DNA of 63,764 bases, filler included, from Octopus bimaculoides (taxonomy: Eukaryota): NCBI RefSeq assembly GCF_001194135.2. It is 13 parts of 13 records of this genome, joined end to end, with 100 filler letters (N's around TTAATTAATTAA, not from the genome) between each part and the next. Parts side by side here need not be neighbours in the genome. Positions count along the whole stretch, not along the records: positions 46,168 to 51,342 come from NC_068998.1; positions 51,443 to 58,798 come from NC_068993.1; positions 58,899 to 60,497 come from NW_026433924.1; positions 60,598 to 62,441 come from NW_026307884.1; positions 62,542 to 63,764 come from NW_026358608.1; 8 more parts are not named here. The stretch is one strand, 5' to 3'. Position 1 is the first letter of the stretch; each line of letters starts with the position of its first letter. The notes below the pieces were generated by a model. It had not been told where the DNA came from and searched no databases. It saw only the letters and a program-made list of their open reading frames with translations. Below, in pieces: positions 51,241 to 63,764 of the stretch. A program made the position numbers and the translations under genes.

Positions 51241-52057
51241 TATTTAATCTTTAATTATCCCAATCATCATTACCATTATCATCATAACTATCATCACCAA
51301 TCATATGATTTCTTAAATTTCTATCTTTTCTTTAAAGTAAAANNNNNNNNNNNNNNNNNNNNNNNNNNNNNNNNNNNNNNNNNNNNTTAATTAATTAANN
51401 NNNNNNNNNNNNNNNNNNNNNNNNNNNNNNNNNNNNNNNNNNAAGGGATACTACAATGAACTTCTTGACCAACCAACCACACCTGCGACTCTTATTATTA
51501 TTTTGCTTTCACGTTGTATTCTCTTTCATTTTTAAATAGATTAGCGTTTTTGCTTAGCCCATGGTCAACTCAGAATGAATAAATCTATTGTTCCATCCGT
51601 GGTCATTGCATTTTATTGTCTCTCACGTCAATGCGACTCCTATCCAAATCTTGTACTTCGAGTTTGAAGATAGTGAGGCATAATTTCAGCGGAATTTAAC
51701 TACTTTTTTGTAAAAAAAAAAAAAAAACTACGGGGAGGACTGCTGATTAGCTTCAAAGGAATAAGATGAAGGCGAGAAAGCAGTGGACAGATGAGAGGAA
51801 ACTAAGCAGGAAAGAACAGTGCAATCTTCGGGGAAATTAACAACGAATGTTTCAGTTTGTGAATGTAAGATAAAGATTATAAATGAAAGGATATTTCAAT
51901 GATAGTTATTGTGAAGTGGAATATGTAATATTTGTGTCGGTGATATGATATCACACTCGATATTAATAAACAATAACTTGAGATTACAGAACAAAGTCAA
52001 TACGCGCCTTTTTTTATCAATTCACACACACATACACAGATAAATATACACAAATCT

Positions 52058-52100
<43 letters not shown>

Positions 52101-53754
52101 TGTGTGTGTGTGCGCGTGTGTGTGTGTGTGTAAAAACGTATACATATTCATATATATACGTACAGCCATATATATTTGTGTGTTTATGTATGTGTGGGTG
52201 TATGTGTGTTTATTTATGTGTGAAATTTTGAATATGCAGATGTGTATATATTGTATGTATAGATGTGCGAATGCATGTGTATATGTGTGTGTGTGAATGT
52301 ATATGTATGTGCATGGCCGTGTTTATGTGTGTATATGCACGTGTGAGTATGTGTGTATAAGGAAATAGACGCACATGAACCTACATCAGAATGTCGCAAA
52401 GAGCATTCCGAGAAATCCCCGAGTTCTGTAAAAAGAATTCTAGGATTCTGCGAGATAAGGAGTTTTTTTAGGAGAATTGAATAAAAATTAATTTTAAACA
52501 GAATTGATATGCGCTATTTTAAGTAAATTCTATATTCATAAATGAATAGGTTCTTTCTCTAAAACAATCATTATTACATTTACTGTCTTATATAAATTAG
52601 AACGACGGAGGTAAATAGAGATACGGGTTCTTCTACTTTACACTACACTGTATGGCATTTGTGTGTGTGTGTGTGTGTATACGTATGCACATACGCGCAA
52701 CACATACGCACACACGCTCACATACACACACACACACACACAATAAAATACTATAAAAAATAAAATAACAGAAAGCCATCTAGTGCATTATTCTTTAAAT
52801 GAACAATTTGTCGTAAACAAACTCTTGATGTACAGAATGAGAAGCACGTTTAGTGACCTCTTTCTTTCTCTCCCGCTCTCTCTCTCCTTCTCTCTCTCTC
52901 TCTATCTCTCTCTCTCTCTCTCTCTCTNNNNNNNNNNNNNNNNNNNNNNNNNNNNNNNNNNNNNNNNNNNNNNNNNNNNNNNNNNNNNNNNNNNNNNNNN
53001 NNNNNNNNNNNNNNNNNNNNNNNNNNNNNNNNNNNNNNNNNNNNNNNNNNNNNNNNNNNNNNNNNNNNNNNNNNNNNNNNNNNNNNNNNNNNNNNNNNNN
53101 NNNNNNNNNNNNNNNNNNNNNNNNNNNNNNNNNNNNNNNNNNNNNNNNNNNNNNNNNNNNNNNNNNNNNNNNNNNNNNNNNNNNNNNNNNNNNNNNNNNN
53201 NNNNNNNNNNNNNNNNNNNNNNNNNNNNNNNNNNNNNNNNNNNNNNNNNNNNNNNNNNNNNNNNNNNNNNNNNNNNNNNNNNNNNNNNNNNNNNNNNNNN
53301 NNNNNNNNNNNNNNNNNNNNNNNNNNNNNNNNNNNNNNNNNNNNNNNNNNNNNNNNNNNNNNNNNNNNNNNNNNNNNNNNNNNNNNNNNNNNNNNNNNNN
53401 NNNNNNNNNNNNNNNNNNNNNNNNNNNNNNNNNNNNNNNNNNNNNNNNNNNNNNNNNNNNNNNNNNNNNNNNNNNNNNNNNNNNNNNNNNNNNNNNNNNN
53501 NNNNNNNNNNNNNNNNNNNNNNNNNNNNNNNNNNNNNNNNNNNNNNNNNNNNNNNNNNNNNNNNNNNNNNNNNNNNNNNNNNNNNNNNNNNNNNNNNNNN
53601 NNNNNNNNNNNNNNNNNNNNNNNNNNNNNNNNNNNNNNNNNNNNNNNNNNNNNNNNNNNNNNNNNNNNNNNNNNNNNNNNNNNNNNNNNCTCTCTCTGTC
53701 TCTCTCTCTCTCTCTTTCTCACTCTCTTTGTCCCTCTCTCTCTATATATATTCT

Positions 53755-53895
53755 TTTATTTTATTCTTTTACTTGTTTCATTCATTTGACTGAGGCCATA
53801 TTGGAGCACCGCCATTTAATCGAATAGATTGACCCCAGGACTTCTTTTTTGTCAGCCTAGTGCTTATTCTATCGGTCTCTTTTGCTGAACCGCGA
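53755..53895 (-). mobile_element. SINE family B 3' end
   Basis: TTTTACTTGTTTCA.TCATTTGACTG.GGCCAT..TGGAGCACCGCC..GACCCCAGGACTT. Confidence 0.85.
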
Positions 53896-54059
53896 AGATA
53901 TAATATATATATTTATTCATTTATATATAAGTGCACATTACTATGTATCCACTGCAGCCCATCTTACCAATCGGCTTACCACTAGGTTGGGATCAACAGG
54001 ATGTTAGGTAACAGTCCAATACTATAACCCTGCATTGTTCAGAGTTGGCAGTTACGGAA

Positions 54060-54960
54060 TGTATGCAATGGTACTATATGTGTAGCATTTCTTTTGAGGG
54101 AGAGAGGAACGATACCCAAAGGTCGCACAAGTGCCCGTGTGTTCCTTTGTGAGTGTTTTATGTGTTTTGGTTAAATGCTTTTGAGTTTTTGTTTTTTTAT
54201 TTTGTAGGTATTGAGTGTTGTAGATAAATTTACATATCTTGGAAGTGTGCTGATCGTGTTTGTTCTTTAGATGATGAAATAGCGAACCGCCTTCTAAAAA
54301 CATCTCAGACTTAAAGTACGAGTTTGGTCTAATGGAGATATTACCAAAAAACACAAAGGTTGCAGTGTACAGGGCTTGTGTAATTTCATCCCTTCTTTAT
54401 TCATATGAGACATGGGTGGTACAGACGAGGCACCTCAAATTACTAGAACGATTTCATCAGCGATGTTTGCGCTCTATACTGAAAAATTAAATGCATGAAC
54501 AAAGTACCAGATTCTGAAGTACTTGAGCGTGATGGTGTGGATGGCGTTGAAACCTAAAGTCATCGACGCAGACTTCGTCGGGTTGGGCATCTGTTAGGGA
54601 ATCTGATCAATACATACCCAAACGACTGTTATGTGCTCCGATAAAAGTAGCAAAAAGGCTGCAATGTAAACCAAACATTCGTATCAAAGATTTAATAAGT
54701 AGCTCTCTAAAGAATTTCAAAGAATGTAAACTAAGAGAGTGATGCAATGGACCCACCAAGATGGAGGAGAAATACTCGAGACGGCGCTGCCTTGTTTATA
54801 GATAGTGAGTAGAAGCAGGCACTTATTAAAAGAGAAGCAATGAAGGGTTTGCTTGTAACCAAGGGTCTTTCATTCCTAACTTGTGCAACCGTATTTGTGT
54901 CTCCCAAGCTGGTAAGTCATAAGCATGAGTACTCATTTATTTCCTCCGAAATCAGAATTA
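54060..54960 (+). mobile_element. RTE LINE 3' fragment with (AGA)n tail
   Basis: FTYLGSV..D.EIANRL..S, VYRACVISSLLYSYETW, RHLKLLERFHQRCLRSIL, RRLRRVGHL; pure (AGA)n 54963-55074 follows. Confidence 0.85.
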
Positions 54961-54962
54961 CG

Positions 54963-55074
54963 AGAAGAAGAAGAAGAAGAAGAAGAAGAAGAAGAAGAAG
55001 AAGAAGAAGAAGAAGAAGAAGAAGAAGAAGAAGAAGAAGAAGAAGAAGAAGAAGAAGAAGAAGAAGAAGAAGAA
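54963..55074. repeat. (AGA)n microsatellite
   Basis: Pure trinucleotide run; source of the poly-R/E/L ORFs. Confidence 0.98.
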
Positions 55075-55082
55075 GCGACGGG

Positions 55083-55889
55083 GGAAATATCACTACGCAT
55101 TTTGCCCGAAGTGCTAACATTTCTGCCACATCAATAACAATAAAGATAATAATAATCGACTCCAGTGCGTAACTTATTTTATCGGCTCCGAAAGTATAAA
55201 AAGCAAAGTCAACCTCGGTGGAGTTTGTACTCAGATCGTAAAGGCGGACAAAATGCAGGTAAGTATGTTGTCAACATGCTAACGATTCTTTTATACTCTA
55301 GACACAAGGCCCGAAATTTGGTGGGAGGGAGCTAGTGGATTAGATCGACCCAGTACGCAACTGGTACTTAATTCAGTGACCCCGAAAGGATGAAAGGCAA
55401 AGTTGACCTCGGCCGAATTTGAACTCAGGATGTAGTGACAGACGAAATGCCGCTAAGAATTTCGTCGGCGTGCGAATGATTCCGCCAGCAATAATAATAA
55501 TAATAATAATAATAATAGTAACCCTTTCTACAGGAAGCACAATGCCTCAAATTTGGGGGAAGGGATTAAGTTGATTACATCGATCCCAGTGCGTAACTGG
55601 TACTTATGCAATCGACCCCGATAGGATGAAAGGCAAAGTCGACCTCGGTGGAATTTGAACTCAAAACGTAACGACACACGAAATACCGCAAAGCATTTCG
55701 TCCGGCGTGCTAACGATTCTGCCAGCTCAATAGTAATAATAATAATAATAATAACAATAATAATAATAATAATGATGATCTTTTCTACCATAGGCACAAG
55801 CCCCCAAATTTTGCGGGAGGGAACCAGTCGATTAGACGAAATACCGCTATGCATTTCATCGGCGCGCTAACGATTCTGCCAGCTCAGTA

Positions 55890-55963
<74 letters not shown>

Positions 55964-56025
55964 GGCCTGAAATCTCTGTTGGGACGACCTAGTGTGTAAC
56001 TGGTACTTATTTCATCGAAAAGCAA
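55083..56025 (-). mobile_element. Tandem array of 5-6 SINE family A copies or fragments separated by (AAT)n
   Basis: Repeated GAAATACCGC..GCATTTCG.CCGGCGTGCTAACGATTCTGCCAGCTC heads directly followed on + by AATAATAAT tracts. Confidence 0.9.
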
Positions 56026-58599
56026 AGATAATCCAGCGTAGGGCCTCAAATTATAGCGGAAACAATACATTTCATTCCTCCAGTACCAATGTATTACAGG
56101 TACTCCTTTAGACTAGGGATTCACGCACTAAATGCCAAATGACAGCTCGATAAGAACTGTGATATTTAGCACTGTTCAAAACGCTAAGAGTTCTTTTATC
56201 TTATTCCCACTGAGGACGTCAATTTCTTATCTAAATTCAATAACACCTATTTCCAGGGCCGAGGGTTGACCATTCACTTTCACACACTCGCACACACATA
56301 CACACACCATGAATAACAATCCGAAGTGTATGTCAGTACGATTCGAACGTAAAAGAAGCGAGTTCGACACTGTACAGGCTTTCGAATCTGTTTTGTTTCA
56401 CCAGAATTTATTTCCCAGATAGATCAATAAAAAATGAAATACTTTTAATATTTCTGGAATCACCAATATCGTCTTCAGACGATAACAAATTCCATACATT
56501 TATAATGTCAAAAAAAAGTCATCTATTATATTCCGAAAAAAATATAACACAAGAAAAAATTCCCAAACTGACAACTTATGTATCTTTTCTTTTTTTTCTC
56601 TCTCTCTCTCTGGTGATAATTTCTTTTGTGTAGATAACTAGTAAACACCTGCTCACACGTACCTACCTCTAAATATCTGCTTATACATTCAAACACGCAT
56701 GCATTTACATATATTATATTTGTGTGTATACATACACGATTATTTATAGCTGTGATTTTGTGTGTATGTATGTGTGTGTGTGTGCGTGTGTGTGCGTGTG
56801 TGCGTGTGTGTATGCGTGTGTGTGTGTGTGTGTGTGTGTAAATATGCAGAACAAGTCGAATGAAGCAAAGTGAATACGCAACACAGTTTCGATTCCTGCG
56901 AGTTGCCGTTTCCATTGTATCGATAAAGATCTTCACACAATTTGGACGTACCTCTGCAACAGCACGAATATACCTCTGTTCTCCACAACAATCCAATGAT
57001 AGCAACAGTGATCCCACGTTAGTGAATAATAAAACTCAATGAACTGGCTTCATTCAACGTTTTCACGTGTAGGTTTTATTCCAAGACAGAAAAAAAATTA
57101 GAAAAAATGCAGAATAGAATTATTTCCAATCATCTATATTAGAGACTTTCCATTTTTCTTCTCTGGAGGAGTAGCTTGCTCACTCACTTTCTCTACTCAG
57201 TGAATGCAGCTTCTCTAGTTCCTCTTTTGTACCTAGTGAGTGTAGCTTGTGTACTTCCTTTCTATATTCAGTGAATGTAACAGATACATTTGAGAAAAGT
57301 GATTTTATGTAAATGCAAGGTTTATAAAAAAAGGAGTGCTGATATACAGAACAACAGATTATAGGAAGTTTCAGTGAACGTGATTCTAAAAGAATTAGAA
57401 CTAATGTACCGAGGGGCTTTTTTGTTGTTTTGATTTGATTTTTTGCTTTGTTTTTCTGAAGACAAAAACAAAACAGGCAGTTATATAATGTCGCACTGCA
57501 GCATATTTCTTGAAAGGAGAATGTTGCATTCTATGATATTGTTTATATTTCGACTGAAGTCGGTTTCATCAAACAAAAATTCAAGCCATGACTATCCCCG
57601 TATTTTTTATTAGTAACTGTCTCCCGCTGACTACATTATTTATTGTGTCACCTTTTAAGCTGGCAGTTGGGATTGGTATTGTGTTTGATTACTATTTCTA
57701 GTAGATCGAGCAAGAGGCTTTCCTCCATGTTTAAATTAATTCTGAACAGTACCTATCTCCCAATAATCAAGTTGTCTTTGATATTTAGAACTGAGGAATG
57801 TAAAGTAATTTCTTGAGACAAAAGCATTAAAAAATGCTACTACGTCTGAGATGAGTGGTTTTGTTAATAAGATAACTGTTTTCCAGGCTATTAACCTTTT
57901 CTCTAGAGATGGAAAAGAATTCATTATTTACATCTACACTAGGTTTGGGTCGAATTTCATTTCCATTATTATCTTTCGCTTAGCAATATAGATTCCACAT
58001 TTTGGCACGAAAACACAAACACTATATGTGTACATGTGTACATGTGTGGGTGCGCACGTGTTTGTGTGCAAGTATGTGATTCTGTTTATGTGCATGTGCA
58101 AAAGTGTGTGTGTAAAACCGCATTTGAAATACAGACACTACATATGTATATAAATAACAGCAGCAGTTAAAACACATTTAATCGTCGTTCCTCTGAATTT
58201 CACGTTACACTTTTCACACAACTAAAATTTATATTTACAGCCTTAAACAGGAGTAAAATATTTGATTAAAAAAAAGGGGGCAGTAAATTGTAAACAAGAA
58301 ATATATTTACCTATCTATTTTTATGCCACTGACAAAAATAAAGGGAGTGTAGTAGGGCTGCACCAGCACTAGCCTGCTACTCATATAAAGCTCAGTAGAT
58401 AGAAGCAACGTAAAATAAAGCACCTTGCTCAAAGATACAACGCACCGCTCGATCCCGTGAACGGTCTTTTGATTGTAAGCTCAACTTCCTAATTTCTTGG
58501 CTATGCACTTCCTAGATAGATATGTTACGTGTATGTATGCGTACACACACACACACACACATATTAATATATATAGAGAGAGAGATATACTGACTTCAA

Positions 58600-58745
58600 A
58601 ATACGGCAGCAATTTCGTGGAGGAAGTTTGTCAACTACATCTTATTTCAACGGCCCCTAAAGGACAAATAACAAGATTGACCGACTGAATTTGAACTTAG
58701 AACGTAAAGACGAATGAACTACTGCTAAGCATTCTGCCAGATCAC
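58600..58745 (-). mobile_element. Degenerate SINE family A
   Basis: GAATTTGAACTTAGAACGTAAAGACG.ATGAACTACTGCTAAGCATT. Confidence 0.65.
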
Positions 58746-58751
58746 CTTTCA

Positions 58752-58782
<31 letters not shown>

Positions 58783-59519
58783 ATATGTATATATGTATNN
58801 NNNNNNNNNNNNNNNNNNNNNNNNNNNNNNNNNNNNNNNNNNTTAATTAATTAANNNNNNNNNNNNNNNNNNNNNNNNNNNNNNNNNNNNNNNNNNNNTA
58901 TATATATATATACACATACATATATACATATATATATATATATGTGTATAATTATATATATATGTATATATATTTATTTATGTATTTATATATTTTTATG
59001 TATATACTGTATGCCAGTGTGTATGTATGCCTATGGTCTATTGTGTGTTGACATTTCAATGAGTCAACTTGCAAAACCTCTTCAAAAATAAAATATGAAA
59101 AGCGAAAAAAATAAAATGCTTATCCAGAACCAGTAAACTATTTCGAGATATTACAGTCCTTCCTCTGAAACGTTTAATGCACACAACTTCAGAAACAACA
59201 ACAGCAACAACAGGATGATCAAATTGTGGAGTATGCTGATCCTACTGATGATGGCTGCAATTATGAAAACCATGGAGTTTGCCATGATGTAATTGATGAT
59301 TTTGTAAGAGCTGTTGTTGTTGTTGCTGTTGCTGTCGATGATAATAATAAAGATGATGACAACAACAGCTATGATGGTTATTGACGATGGTGATGATGTT
59401 GAAATTTACTACATTATCAAAATAATGAGATTCTTGAATTATTTTGAACTGGATAATTTCTTTAAAAAAGTCAAATATAAGTATTTGTGCTTCTCTCTCT
59501 TTCCTTCTCTTTCTCTCAC

Positions 59520-59716
59520 ACACATGTGAAGACATGGTTGAGAGATCAAGGAACTTGCTTTCGAAATGAATGGTTAGTGGTTTTGTTCAGACTATGGGTA
59601 GTTTATCAGCTGGTGTTTTCATAGCTATGAGAACTGATGTTTTACGAAGGAATTTGGCACAAATAGAAACTGAAGAAACCTCTATGTATGTATGCATGTA
59701 TGGCTGTATGTATGTA

Positions 59717-59754
<38 letters not shown>

Positions 59755-60019
59755 TCNNNNNNNNNNNNNNNNNNNNNNNNNNNNNNNNNNNNNNNNNNNN
59801 NNNNNNNNNNNNNNNNNNNNNNNNNNNNNNNNNNNNNNNNNNNNNNNNNNNNNNNNNNNNNNNNNNNNNNNNNNNNNNNNNNNNNNNNNNNNNNNNNNNN
59901 NNNNNNNNNNNNNNNNNNNNNNNNNNNNNNNNNNNNNNNNNNNNNNNNNNNNNNNNNNNNNNNNNNNNNNAAGTGTCTTCTACTATAGCCTCGGGCTGAC
60001 CAAAGCCTTGTGAGTGGAT
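59520..60019 (+). mobile_element. SINE family B pieces either side of a gap
   Basis: AAGTGTCTTCTACTATAGCCTCGGGCTGACCAAAGCCTTGTGAGTGGAT at 59971-60019; degenerate head at 59520-59680. Confidence 0.7.
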
Positions 60020-60097
60020 AACAACAAACAAGATGAGGATTAATATCCATCAAATGTAAATAATGTATGCAATTTCTCATCTCTCAAATGTAGAACT
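60020..60097 (+). mobile_element. Third, 5'-truncated copy of the Penelope-like terminus (no hammerhead)
   Basis: AACAACAAACAAGATGAGG...CTCATCTCTCAAATGTAGAACT matches 7810-7897. Confidence 0.65.
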
Positions 60098-60597
60098 TTA
60101 AGAGATAAGTTAATAGTGATTTTGACACAATTTTCCTATATCTTTAGATGATACAAATGGCTCTTTCTTTGTGTAATTGCTTCAGTTTCAAAACAGTCAC
60201 AAATCAATTCACTTGCTATGCAAGTATCACTCTGAAATAAATTATTTTATTTTAACTTTAACATTTGCATCCATAATAATTCCTGAAAAAATTGATTTGA
60301 TGAAATTATGCTTATTTCATACACACACATATAGGTAGATATACATACATGTGTGTGTGTGATAGTTAAAACACCTTTACCCTTCATTATAATTCATACA
60401 AGCAATTATGATTTTCTTGGATAAAAATTAAGAGATAATATTCTAATATATCAACCTCTCCTTCATTGGACACTAAACTCTGCTTGCGAAGACCTGTNNN
60501 NNNNNNNNNNNNNNNNNNNNNNNNNNNNNNNNNNNNNNNNNTTAATTAATTAANNNNNNNNNNNNNNNNNNNNNNNNNNNNNNNNNNNNNNNNNNNN

Positions 60598-62050
60598 GGA
60601 AGAGAGTTTGTCTAAATGAAGTCTAGTTTGGTTTTTGTTCCAGGGTTAATACTACTGGTGCTATATTCCTGGTAAGACAGAAGAAACTCGCTAAAAATAA
60701 ATCTCCGTACTTGGCTGTTGCTGATAAAGCGAAAGCCTTAGTCAGGGTCCCCAGTTCCCTTGTATGGTGGTCATGGCGGAAACCAGGGATAGAAAGTCAC
60801 TGGTGAGAGCTATACAAGCCTTAGATATGGACGCTTTAATTAAGATGAGATTTGGCAACAAGTATAACGATAAATTTAGTGTACAAATGTGAGTTCACCA
60901 TGAATCAATCCTCAGACCTTCCTTTTTCATCATAGTCCTCCAGGCAATAACAGAGAAATTTACATCGGGCTTCCCATGGAAGCTCCCCAATGCTGATGCA
61001 CTTTTTCTTATATATGGGTCTCTAACAGAACTGGAGAAAAGATTTGAGGGGCGGAAACTTGTCTAGTATCAATGGGCATNNNNNNNNNNNNNNNNNNNNN
61101 NNNNNNNNNNNNNNNNNNNNNNNNNNNNNNNNNNNNNNNNNNNNNNNNNNNNNNNNNNNNNNNNNNNNNNNNNNNNNNNNNNNNNNNNNNNNNNNNNNNN
61201 NNNNNNNNNNNNNNNNNNNNNNNNNNNNNNNNNNNNNNNNNNNNNNNNNNNNNNNNNNNNNNNNNNNNNNNNNNNNNNNNNNNNNNNNNNNNNNNNNNNN
61301 NNNNNNNNNNNNNNNNNNNNNNNNNNNNNNNNNNNNNNNNNNNNNNNNNNNNNNNNNNNNNNNNNNNNNNNNNNNNNNNNNNNNNNNNNNNNNNNNNNNN
61401 NNNNNNNNNNNNNNNNNNNNNNNNNNNNNNNNNNNNNNNNNNNNNNNNNNNNNNNNNNNNNNNNNNNNNNNNNNNNNNNNNNNNNNNNNNNNNNNNNNNN
61501 NNNNNNNNNNNNNNNNNNNNNNNNNNNNNNNNNNNNNNNNNNNNNNNNNNNNNNNNNNNNNNNNNNNNNNNNNNNNNNNNNNNNNNNNNNNNNNNNNNNN
61601 NNNNNNNNNNNNNNNNNNNNNNNNNNNNNNNNNNNNNNNNNNNNNNNNNNNNNNNNNNNNNNNNNNNNNNNNNNNNNNNNNNNNNNNNNNNNNNNNNNNN
61701 NNNNNNNNNNNNNNNNNNNNNNNNNNNNNNNNNNNNNNNNNNNNNNNNNTTATCCAGGTGACCAAGTCAGCAGTGGAAAAATATTCTTCGAAAGTGTGGC
61801 TGCTAGAATAAGAATAGGCTGCGAAAAGTTCAGAAAGATTCTACCTCTGTTGGTAATGAAGAGCCTATCCCTCAGAGTGAAAGGCAGATTGTATTATGTT
61901 TTCGTCTGGGAGCAGCCATGGTACACGGAAGTGAAACATGAGCTGTGGCTGCAGAGGATATATGAAGGCTTGAAAGAAAGAAATCTAATATGCTCTACTG
62001 GACGTGCCATGTCAGTGTGCATGTACGGCAGAGTGTAGGCGTCTTGAAAG
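60598..62050 (+). mobile_element. RTE LINE fragments (RT domain and downstream part) across a gap
   Basis: 60598-61000 decayed FGF..TTGAIFLVRQ..LAKNK..YLA..D..KA..RVP; 61750-62050 AARIRIG.EKFR.ILPLLV.K.LSLRVKGRLY. Confidence 0.82.
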
Positions 62051-62540
62051 AAAAATCGCGTACAAGAGGTATCAGAATTGTACCTGAGAGANNNNNNNNN
62101 NNNNNNNNNNNNNNNNNNNNNNNNNNNGGATGAAGACAGCTGCGCAACGAAGTGTGTATCTCTAATTGTGGATGGAATTTGTTGACGAGATAAATCCAAG
62201 AAGACAAGGAGTAGGTTGTGAAGTATGATTTTGGAATGTGGGGNNNNNNNNNNTCCAAGAAGACAAGGAGTAGGTTGTGAAGTATGATTTTGGAATGTGG
62301 GGTCACACGCTGTTGATGACAATTGATCGTGACCTTTGGCGATTTGCTGTGCTTCCATTACAGAATATACTTTATTACCAACCATAACGTCAGGCATCAT
62401 GAACTATCAATACATAGATTTGTCTGCAAAGACTTCAATTCNNNNNNNNNNNNNNNNNNNNNNNNNNNNNNNNNNNNNNNNNNNNTTAATTAATTAANNN
62501 NNNNNNNNNNNNNNNNNNNNNNNNNNNNNNNNNNNNNNNN

Positions 62541-63462
62541 NAAATCCTGGATTATCAGTTGAAAAATTGGCAATAAAGCTTAGTTCAAACCCTACAACTA
62601 TTCATCGTCATCTTCAACAACTTAGAAAGGTTCTTAAACTTGGTAAATGGGTGCCTCATGAATTGTCCGAAAGCAACTGCAAATCCTGAGTTGACATCTG
62701 CTCTTCTCTCCATTCTTGCGAACTCATTTCACCCTTTTTGGATAGACTTGTGACTGGTGAAGAAAAATGGATCTTCTATCGAAATGTTAAACGTCGTAAA
62801 CAGTGGCTTGGTAAAATGGAAAAAGCTCAACCACAACTGAGATGGGAATTTCATGGGGAAAAGGTTCTTCTCTCTATCTGGTGGGATTGCAAAGGAGTAA
62901 TTTACTTTGAATTGTTACCATCTAATGCAACAATCAATGCTCAAGTCTATTGTCAGCAATTAGAGCGTTTGAACCAAGCTTTAAAGAAAAAAATCCCACT
63001 TTAGTGAATCGAAAAGGAGTGATATTTCATCAGGACAATGCGTGACTCCACACTGCAAAGATCACATCACAGGAGATCGAAGAGCTTGGTTGGGAAAAAA
63101 TTCCTCACCCTCCTTATTCTCCCAACCTTGCTCCTTCAGACTACCATTTGTTTCGTAGTTTACAGAATCATTTGGGGACATAACTTTCACAAGCCAGGAG
63201 GAGGTCGAAACTAACATTTCAGAGTTCTTCACTTTGAAACCAAAAGAGTTTTTCATTGATGGGACTAAAAAGCTTGTAAACAGATGGAAGGAAGTCATAG
63301 ATAATCAGGGAAAGTACATTGATGATTAAATTTCAATTAAATATAACATTTGATCGCTTGNNNNNNNNNNTACATTGATGATTAAATTTCAATTAAATAT
63401 AACATTTGATCGCTTGTTTTCTTTATTCAAAATTCGGACAGAACTTATGGGATGACCTGATA
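62541..63462 (+). mobile_element. Mariner (DD34D-type) DNA transposon, inactive, 5' end lost in a gap
   Basis: WVPHEL, LVTGEEKW, KVLLSIWWD.KGVIYFELL, IFHQDNA, HPPYSPNLAPSDYHLF; in-frame stops and frameshifts; right TIR-like end ..GAACTTATGGGATGACCTGA followed by TA at 63461-63462. Confidence 0.93.
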
Positions 63463-63764
63463 GAACACCCAGAATAATTTTTTAAAAAAACGTAGACACT
63501 TGAAAGACTTTCCCTCTATTCATTACTAAATGTCTTTCTCTCTTCTTCATTGTTAAGAGAAAGAAGTTAGAAAAGATCGATAGTATTTCAGTCTTATTGT
63601 CATTGTAAATGACTGAGGCATTCCTTTCTCGGATCTTTACAATCTGACCGACAGATTTTTAATTAATTTTTTTAGCTAAACACTTTGAAACTTCGGATAT
63701 TGATAGAATGTGTTACATACAACAGGGTTTACTCTTAACGTTTTTGACAAAATTTTGTATTTTA

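Noticed and set aside
62738-63298. Domesticated or active mariner transposase
   Set aside because: First catalytic Asp replaced (VTGEEKW), in-frame stops and frameshifts.

Overview
AT-rich, microsatellite-dense animal DNA with many assembly gaps. The SINE families and RTE/R4/Penelope content look like an octopus (coleoid cephalopod) draft genome; this host call is inference, not proven. The window holds one well-supported host gene segment: a 2,024-bp terminal coding exon on the minus strand (7408-5385). It encodes a bacterial-style serine beta-lactamase/DD-peptidase-fold domain (SxxK and YxN intact, third motif non-canonical) fused to five C-terminal ~50-aa repeats resembling polyglycine-hydrolase/BTRD1 repeats. 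The exon is entered through a canonical phase-1 splice acceptor, so the ORF-track start at 7442 is not the real start and the 5' exon(s) lie upstream. The presumed intron contains a structurally complete minimal type-I hammerhead ribozyme in a Penelope-like terminus (7765-7810, with a CpG-decayed sister at 17824-17869) and a CpG-packed 51-bp minisatellite (8211-9865). The rest is a transposon graveyard: R4/Dong-like retroelements stacked in (TAA)n tracts, RTE LINE fragments, Penelope fragments, three tRNA-derived SINE families, a dead mariner and long microsatellites. Almost all other ORFs in the track are microsatellite, gap or repeat artefacts. No database searches were run; family names come from recognised motifs, and many repeat boundaries are approximate.
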